Shown here: positions 58,005 to 64,000 of the stretch, piece by piece
Layout: the number at the start of each line of letters is the position of its first letter
Position numbering within the stretch: the stretch's first letter is position 1
Source of the DNA: Candidatus Latescibacterota bacterium
GTDB taxonomy: Bacteria > Latescibacterota > UBA2968 > UBA8231
Direction: 5' to 3'
Assembly (NCBI GenBank): GCA_965215195.1
Contig: CBDCDC010000001.1
Coordinates: forward strand, 1,152,001-1,216,000
Length of the DNA stretch: 64,000 nucleotides
Notes under the pieces: generated by a model
What the model saw: only the letters and a program-made list of their open reading frames with translations
The model's database searches: none
Told to the model about the DNA's origin: nothing
Translations under genes and position numbers: made by a program

Positions 58005-58898
58005 GTGAAGATACTGGTAGCGGGCAGCAGCGGGTTGATCGGTACGGCGCTCTGTAGTCGGCTGGAGCGCGATGGACACGAGGTGGTGCGCTTGGTGCGG
58101 CGACAGCCGGCGCAAGGGGCGTTGCGCTGGGATCCAGAGACTGGCGAGCTGGCGCAAGAGGCCCTAGAGGGGATAGAGGCCGCAGTGCATTTAGGGGGCC
58201 GGAACATCGCCGCCGGGCGCTGGACTGCAAGCGTCAAGGCGCAGTTGCGCCAGAGCCGGGTGCAGACGACCCAGCTGCTCGCTACGCGCTTGGCGGAATT
58301 GGCCGCGCCGCCGAAGGCGCTCATCTGCGCATCGGCTGTCGGCATTTACGGCAATCGGCGCGGCGAAGAGCTAGACGAGGAAAGCGATACTGGCGCGGGG
58401 TTTTTGGCCGAGTTGGGCCGAGCGTGGGAAGGGGCGAGCGCGGTGGCATCTGAAGCCGGCATCCGGGTTGTTCACGCCCGCTTGGGCGTCGTAATCAGCC
58501 GCGAGGGCGGGGCCTTGGCCAAGATGCTGTTGCCCTTCCGCCTCGGGGTGGGTGGCAAGGTCGGCGATGGCCGGCAGTACGTTAGCTGGATTAGCTTGGA
58601 GGACGCGGTGGCGGCACTGATCTATGCCGTGGAAAACGACGCCTTGTGCGGGCCGGTGAACCTGACCGCGCCACAGCCGGTGACCAACGCCGAGTTGACG
58701 CGGACATTGGGGCGCGTGTTGCGGCGGCCGACGCTGTTGCCGCTGCCGGCCTTTGCCGCCAAGGTGCTCTTGGGCGAGTTGGCCGAGGAGGGGTTGCTGG
58801 CCAGCCAGCGGGTGCGGCCAACGCGGCTGTTAGAGGCTGGTTTTGAGTTCGCGTACCCCGAATTGGAGAGTGCGTTGCGCCGGGCGTTGGCGCAGTGA
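58005..58898 (+). CDS. TIGR01777/YfcH-family NAD-dependent epimerase
   Basis: GSSGLIG, ASAVGIYG, G.G.Q..SWI, GPVN, SQRV.P. Confidence 0.92.
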   Translation: MKILVAGSSGLIGTALCSRLERDGHEVVRLVRRQPAQGALRWDPETGELAQEALEGIEAAVHLGGRNIAAGRWTASVKAQLRQSRVQTTQLLATRLAELAAPPKALICASAVGIYGNRRGEELDEESDTGAGFLAELGRAWEGASAVASEAGIRVVHARLGVVISREGGALAKMLLPFRLGVGGKVGDGRQYVSWISLEDAVAALIYAVENDALCGPVNLTAPQPVTNAELTRTLGRVLRRPTLLPLPAFAAKVLLGELAEEGLLASQRVRPTRLLEAGFEFAYPELESALRRALAQ

Positions 58899-58903
58899 GC
58901 CTT

Positions 58904-59050
58904 ATGGACACAACACATAAAATGGCAATATCGGTGCCGAATGCGGTTAGTCTTTTTGCCGGAGCGGGTGGTTGCTCATTAGGGTTCCAGAAGGCTGGAT
59001 ATCAAATCCTGTATGCCTTGGATAGCGATATAGCGGCGGTTGAAACCTAA
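58904..59050 (+). pseudogene. N-terminal stub of a DNA cytosine-5 methyltransferase
   Basis: AVSLFAGAGGCSLGFQKAGY...D.D..AVET* covers motifs I-III only; lower GC. Confidence 0.8.
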
Positions 59051-59073
59051 AAAATACAAGGAGCAGATTTCCT

Positions 59074-60471
59074 ATGAACATCATCGTCTTGGTCAGCGAC
59101 ACCTTTCGCTACGACTATCTGGGGTGCAACGGCAATAGGTGGATTGGCACGGCCGCGCTCGATCGCTTTGCCGAGCGGGCAGTGTGCTTCGACCGGCATT
59201 ACTTGTCGAGCTTTCCGACCATCCCCAACCGCACCGACCTTTTTACCGGCCGCTACAGCTTTCCATTCCACGGCTGGAAACCCCTCGACACAGACATCCC
59301 GGTGCTGAGCACGATTTTCGGCGCGGCCGGCTACCAGAGTCAACTCATCTGCGACACGCCGCATCTAATGAAGGGCGTCCACCATTTCGACCGGGGGTTT
59401 GACGGGGCGTATTGGATTCGGGGGCAGGAAGGGGACAAGCCGCTGCTGAAGGGCAACCTGCGGCCGCGCATGGAGGTGGCCGGGGAGAAGACGCGCGTCG
59501 ATCCGCATCTGGCGAACACGCGCTTTGGCAACTTGGCGACCCTGCATGCGTGGACCAACCGCGACTGGGCTTGGGAGGAGGACCGCTTTTGCGTGCGCAC
59601 GGCGCAGACGGCGAGCCGCTGGCTGGAGGAAAATCGCGGCTGCGAGCCGTTCTTGTTGTGGGTGGATTTCTTTGATGCGCACGAGCCGTGGGACCCGCCG
59701 GAACATCTCGTGGGCCGCTACGACTCATCGGGATACGATGGCCCGCCGATGATTCACCCGAATTACGGCCCGGCGACCGCCTATACCCAAGAGGAACTGG
59801 CCAATCTCCAAGCCCACTACGCGGCCGAGATTTACTTGGTCAACAAGTGGGTCGGCTACGTGTTGGACAAAATTGAAGAGCTCGGGCTGTTCGACAACAG
59901 CGTGGTTACTTTTACGTCGGATCACGGCATGTTCGTGGGCGAGCACAACCGCACGGGCAAGTCCAACATCCACACCGAGGACGAGCGCGTCTGGCCCCTG
60001 TACGAAGAGATCAGCCACATCCCGCTGATGATTGCCGCTCCCGAGGTTGCGGGCGGACAGCGGGTGAGCGCATTGACACAGTCGGTGGATTTGCTGCCGA
60101 CGCTGATGGCTTTAGCTGGCGTAGAAAAAAGTGATCTGAGGATGCACGGGCATTCGCTCGCGTCGCTGCTGACCGGACCGTCAGCGTGGCCGCGGCAGTA
60201 CGCGTTCAGCTCAACCTTTATCCGCAATGGCGGGCCGACGGTGACTGACGAGCACTGGACTTACTTAGCGCATGGCGAACACGGCGGCACACCCGAGCTG
60301 TACGACATTGAGGCCGACCCTCAGCAGCAGCAAAATGTGATCGGCGAGCATCCGGCCGTGGCCCAGCGGATGCAGCAAGCCCTAGCGGACTTTCTCGACG
60401 CGGTGGAGACGCCCGAGGAAAATCGCGCGTTGCTGGGGCCGGTTGGCGGGCCGGATTACGCTATCCCGTGA
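59074..60471 (+). CDS. Sulfatase-like hydrolase with Thr at the formylglycine position
   Basis: SDTFRYD, SFPTIPNR...TG, DAHEPWDPP, TSDHG, ELYD...DP. Confidence 0.88.
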   Translation: MNIIVLVSDTFRYDYLGCNGNRWIGTAALDRFAERAVCFDRHYLSSFPTIPNRTDLFTGRYSFPFHGWKPLDTDIPVLSTIFGAAGYQSQLICDTPHLMKGVHHFDRGFDGAYWIRGQEGDKPLLKGNLRPRMEVAGEKTRVDPHLANTRFGNLATLHAWTNRDWAWEEDRFCVRTAQTASRWLEENRGCEPFLLWVDFFDAHEPWDPPEHLVGRYDSSGYDGPPMIHPNYGPATAYTQEELANLQAHYAAEIYLVNKWVGYVLDKIEELGLFDNSVVTFTSDHGMFVGEHNRTGKSNIHTEDERVWPLYEEISHIPLMIAAPEVAGGQRVSALTQSVDLLPTLMALAGVEKSDLRMHGHSLASLLTGPSAWPRQYAFSSTFIRNGGPTVTDEHWTYLAHGEHGGTPELYDIEADPQQQQNVIGEHPAVAQRMQQALADFLDAVETPEENRALLGPVGGPDYAIP

Positions 60472-60676
60472 AGAGGTCGAAGATGTGGCCGAGGCGCGAG
60501 CTGTCGGCTGCGTAGAATTCGGTGTAGCGGCACTGCTCGCAAGTTACGGTGGTCATCTTGCGGTTTTGCACGTCGAATATCTTGGACCAAAACCCGCCGG
60601 AGGCGCGGATTTCGCCGGTCTCGCAGGTGGTGTGATGGCATTTGGGGCATTCAAAGCGCAACGTAGGTGAGCTCAT
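60461..60676 (-). CDS. Zinc-ribbon protein (DUF2082-like)
   Basis: CPKC...SKIFDVQN...CEQC.YTEFY. Confidence 0.85.
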   Translation of the reverse strand: MSSPTLRFECPKCHHTTCETGEIRASGGFWSKIFDVQNRKMTTVTCEQCRYTEFYAADSSRLGHIFDLFTG

Positions 60677-60799
60677 GGGGCCTCGTGGGTGTAGGTGGAC
60701 GCTTGATTTTAAGCGGTGTGCAGGCGAGGGGCAAACGACCTCAACGCCTTGCGCGGTGAAGCGCGGGTCTGTTGAGTTTCCCCGCTATCAGGCGTTTTT

Positions 60800-60824
60800 C
60801 GCGGGCGAGACGCCCTCGTTCCCA
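60800..60824 (-). repeat. Single REP-like palindrome
   Basis: tgggaacgagggcgtctcgcccgcg on the minus strand. Confidence 0.35.
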
Positions 60825-60967
60825 GATGTTTTGAGCCGCTTGAGAGACTTAACGCTTCTAAGCGTTTCGCAGGGGGATAGATTGGATTTTTGCTGGGGGG
60901 AGGGAGAGGACGGGGGATTGGTCTGGCAGGTGTTTTTGCGTTGTCGCCCTGCTTTGGCGACGCGCCG

Positions 60968-61192
60968 TTAGGGGAGAACGGCGCGTCGCTCTACGCCGGC
61001 GAGTACCTCTTCGAGGGTCCACAATCGCTCGGCGTCAATGATGAGGGCTTCGACGATGAGGGGATGGGCCTTGATGGTATGCGAGTCGATAAACTCGAAA
61101 CTGGGCTGATCGCGCCCGAGCATTCCCCGATCCTCGATCACGGTGATCTCGTCTGGGGCACCCGAGGCTTCTACGTGGCGGTACAGTGGCAT
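60968..61192 (-). CDS. Small hypothetical protein or remnant
   Basis: AAGGAG RBS before ATG; 74 aa; no family recognised. Confidence 0.4.
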   Translation of the reverse strand: MPLYRHVEASGAPDEITVIEDRGMLGRDQPSFEFIDSHTIKAHPLIVEALIIDAERLWTLEEVLAGVERRAVLP

Positions 61193-61304
61193 TTTCGCTC
61201 CTTGTCAAAAGGTCTCGTTTAGCTTAGACGCCGGTGCCGGAGAATAGTTGCAGCGATGTTTATGGGGCGCGGGTAAATTTTCTTTAGTTCTGTAAAACAA
61301 ATAG

Positions 61305-62219
61305 TTAGAGAATCGCGTACCCTTGCATCCACCGTGCGATGCAGTCGGCTGTCTCGGCGGGGCATTCGAGGTGGGGCGCGTGTCCGCAATGGGGGAAGAC
61401 GTGTAGCTCGGCACGGGGAAGTGCGGCCGCGAAACGCTGGGCCGAGCGCACAGGTAGGACGCAGTCCTGCTGCCCCCACAAAACCAAGGCTGGGCAGGTG
61501 ATGTCGCCAAAGCGCTGGTGGAACGTTGCTATGTCGGGGGGGACGAGGTTCCGCGCTGAGTAGTGGTAAGCATACGCGGCATTGGGCGTCTCAAATGCGG
61601 CGCGGGCGACCGTTGCGAGTTCCGGGGGAATTTTGCGACGGTCGTGGAAGCAGCGGCGGAAGGTGCGCCAAGTGGCCAAGCGCAACAGGCCGGATGCGCG
61701 GACCAAGGCGTGGAGCGGGGCGTAGGTTAGCAGCTTGCCCGGATAGCTGCCGAGGGTGCGCACGTGCATGGGGAGTTTGTGTGGGTAGCCGGCTGCGTCG
61801 ATGAGCACGAGCCCGCGCATTTTGGCCGCGAGCGCGGGAAAGTCGAGGTACAGGCGCAGGGCCAAGCCCCCGCCGAGCGAGCTGCCCAAGAGGATTACGT
61901 CGTCTAAGCCCAGCGCGGCGATAAAGGTCGCCAAGTAGGCAACCTGCATGTCCGGCGAGTAGCGCTCGGGCGCCGGGCGGGCGGCAAAAGTCGGCTTGCT
62001 GCTGCGCCCGTGGCCGATCAAGTCGGGTGCGATGAGGCGGCGGCCGGGCAAGCGGGCGGCCAAGCGGAACCACGTGGCCTTGTTGTCAAAGATGCCGTGC
62101 AGCAGCACTAAGGGGGGGGGGTCTCCGCCGCCATTGTCGATATACGCCATTTCGACTTGGTCGGCGAGGGCGAGGCGGTATTCGGCAAATCCGGGGAAGA
62201 GGGGGAGCACAGACTGCAT
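61305..62219 (-). CDS. Alpha/beta fold hydrolase
   Basis: LLHG, PDLIGHG.S, GSSLGG, WG..D, GHAPH.E. Confidence 0.9.
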   Translation of the reverse strand: MQSVLPLFPGFAEYRLALADQVEMAYIDNGGGDPPPLVLLHGIFDNKATWFRLAARLPGRRLIAPDLIGHGRSSKPTFAARPAPERYSPDMQVAYLATFIAALGLDDVILLGSSLGGGLALRLYLDFPALAAKMRGLVLIDAAGYPHKLPMHVRTLGSYPGKLLTYAPLHALVRASGLLRLATWRTFRRCFHDRRKIPPELATVARAAFETPNAAYAYHYSARNLVPPDIATFHQRFGDITCPALVLWGQQDCVLPVRSAQRFAAALPRAELHVFPHCGHAPHLECPAETADCIARWMQGYAIL

Positions 62220-62220
62220 A

Positions 62221-63143
62221 GGGCAGATAAAGAAGCATATTTGTCTGGTAAAATCCAACTTGGGCCAAGTGCTGGAGCAGACCGTGCGGGTCGCCGACAC
62301 CGCGATGACCGTGCTAGTGTTGGGCGAGACCGGCACGGGTAAGGGCTTACTCGCGCAGCTCATCCACGAAACAAGCACTCGACGCAAGCGGCCTTTCATC
62401 CACGTCAATTGCGGGGTACACGAGAAAGGGGCCTTTACCGGCGCAAGCACTCGCCAGCTTGGCCGCTTTGAACTGGCTGATGGCGGCACCCTCTTTTTGG
62501 ACGAAATCGGCGATTTGCCGTTGGAGTCTCAGCGGGTGCTGCTGAACATCTTGGAGGACAATACCCTGATCCGCGTCGGTGGCCAGCAGCCTGTAAAAGT
62601 GGACGTGCGGGTCATTGCGGCTACCAACCGCGACCTGCGGCAGGCCATTGCGGAACGTACGTTCCGCGAAGACCTGTTCTACCGCTTGGATACCTTTACG
62701 CTACCGCTTCCGCCGCTGCGGCAGCGGCAAGAGGATATACCAGATCTGGCGGCGCATTTTGCAGAGCGGTATGCTCAGCACCTGCGGCGGCCGGCACCGA
62801 CGATAGCCGACGGAGTGATCGCGCACAGGCGTATGCTTGGCCGGGGAATGTGCGCGAGTTAGAGCACCTGATCCATCGGGCGGTCTTGCTGTGCGAGGAC
62901 GGGGTGATACGCACGGGCGATTTGCTGCTGCCGTCGGTTGCACAGCGGTCTGGGGATGCGATGCCACCAGTGCCACTAGCGGCCAGCGAAGGCTTGGACG
63001 AAAAGCAGCAGCTTGTGAAGGCGCTGCAAGCGACCAACTGGATGATCTATGGCGAGCGGGGCGCGGTGCGCTTGTTGGGGATGCATCCGGAGAAGCTGCG
63101 CTACCGCATGCGGAAATACGGGTTGCGCCGACCCAAGAAGTAG
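62221..63143 (+). pseudogene. Decayed sigma54-dependent (Fis-family) activator
   Basis: GETGTGK, GAFTGA, LFLDEIG, FREDLFYRL, WPGNVREL and HTH present; no sensory domain, the ESELFG segment is missing (NCGVHEKG), frameshift near 62825. Confidence 0.85.
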
Positions 63144-63197
63144 AACGCAAGACGTCCCGAGGCATTAAGAGCCGACCGCAGAGGTCGTAGGCGGTCA

Positions 63198-63237
63198 ACA
63201 CGGAAAGTCGTGGAAAGACACGAAAAGTCGTGGAAAA
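63198..63237. repeat. 20-nt tandem repeat with internal dyad
   Basis: acacggaaagtcgtggaaag / acacgaaaagtcgtggaaaa; dyad cacga-N4-tcgtg. Confidence 0.7.
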
Positions 63238-63525
63238 GACGGCTGGGGCCGCGCATCGTAGGACGCTCCGTTCCCATAGTCAATAAGACGGAGTTCGATA
63301 TCCTGTATGACTGCATGGATCGTATGTCGAGGAGGGAGTAACCGAGGTCTGTATAGTGGCTAACGAAGTGCGAAGCCTCAGGCCATTGCTCGAAAGAGAC
63401 GTAATCGGTTTGGGGCAACTGGGCCTGACTTTGCGCTTCCAGCAACTCGCTCCTTCCATCCAGAGACCGTTAGAAAGTTGGGGCTTGGCAAAGCGGTGCG
63501 CTTTACGAACAGATTGCTCGGGCGG

Positions 63526-64000
63526 TCAGCGAACTTTGCCGCGGCCAGCGATCTCCCAAATCGCCTCCAGCCGACCTGTGCGCAGCGCGTAGAGGCGGTC
63601 GTGGAGATTGACGGTGGTGCAGCCGTGGCCGGGGATAAATTCGAGCAGGTCGCCGGGGCGGAGGTCCGCGCAGGGACCGGCTATGGTCTTGAGGCGACCG
63701 TGCTCTTCGGACAGGGCATGGCATTCCAAGTCGGGGCGATCCTTGACGAGGGGGAAGCCGTGCTCGGGCGTCAGGCTCTTTAGGCCAGCGTCGGTGATAA
63801 CCTGCTCGGGCGCGGGGCGACTGGTAACGGTGGTCAGTACGCTGAGGGCGTTTTTGAAGCCCAAGCCGAGCTTGGCGTACGCGGCGTCCATTAGCGCGTA
63901 CGAGCCAGCTTGGACCTCGGTGATGCCGTCGAAGGAGGTGCTGATGTAGTAATCGCCCGTGCCCGAGGCACTGCAAATGGAGCAGTCGAGACCAGCGCGT
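63526..64000 (-). CDS. D-threonine aldolase / DSD1-family PLP enzyme (3' part only)
   Basis: TEVQAGSY..MD..Y, DAGLKS, EEHG, PGHGCTTVNLHD, W.IAGRG. Confidence 0.88.
   Translation of the reverse strand, partial: RAGLDCSICSASGTGDYYISTSFDGITEVQAGSYALMDAAYAKLGLGFKNALSVLTTVTSRPAPEQVITDAGLKSLTPEHGFPLVKDRPDLECHALSEEHGRLKTIAGPCADLRPGDLLEFIPGHGCTTVNLHDRLYALRTGRLEAIWEIAGRGKVR

Noticed and set aside
63419-63436. Sigma54 -24/-12 promoter (TGGGCC-N5-TTGC)
   Set aside because: Weak match and no plus-strand gene follows
1-64000. Prophage, integron, tRNA or rRNA genes
   Set aside because: No phage structural genes, integrase, attC-like array or recognisable stable RNA motifs seen by eye

Overview
High-GC bacterial chromosome segment with no rRNA, tRNA, CRISPR array, integrase or intact transposase visible. 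The gene mix (internalin-like LRR lipoproteins, large secreted proteins with a TPNGDG/FlgD-Ig C-terminal domain, several PhyH dioxygenases, Gfo/Idh/MocA oxidoreductases, a sulfatase-like hydrolase, many R-M and AAA-ATPase genes) resembles FCB-group host-associated lineages such as Latescibacterota/Gemmatimonadota sponge symbionts; this is inference only. Main structural observations: (1) two divergent, inverted LRR lipoprotein paralogs about 15 kb apart that share a 55-nt leader and a near-identical 5' half but carry different 72-nt repeat mosaics, a possible inversion or conversion-based surface variation system; (2) a three-member family of small coiled-coil plus C-terminal TM proteins, two in a tandem duplication with identical flanks and a divergent core; (3) an AAA ATPase/nuclease gene between about 110-bp direct repeats of a divergent gene junction; (4) many intergenic spacers holding tiny stubs of defence, toxin or adhesin genes, including an AccI-like endonuclease reduced to 40 codons and a catalytically altered HEPN fragment inside a type III R-M operon. 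Several single-base frameshifts in short homopolymers may be sequencing errors. Family names come from motif recognition, not database searches.
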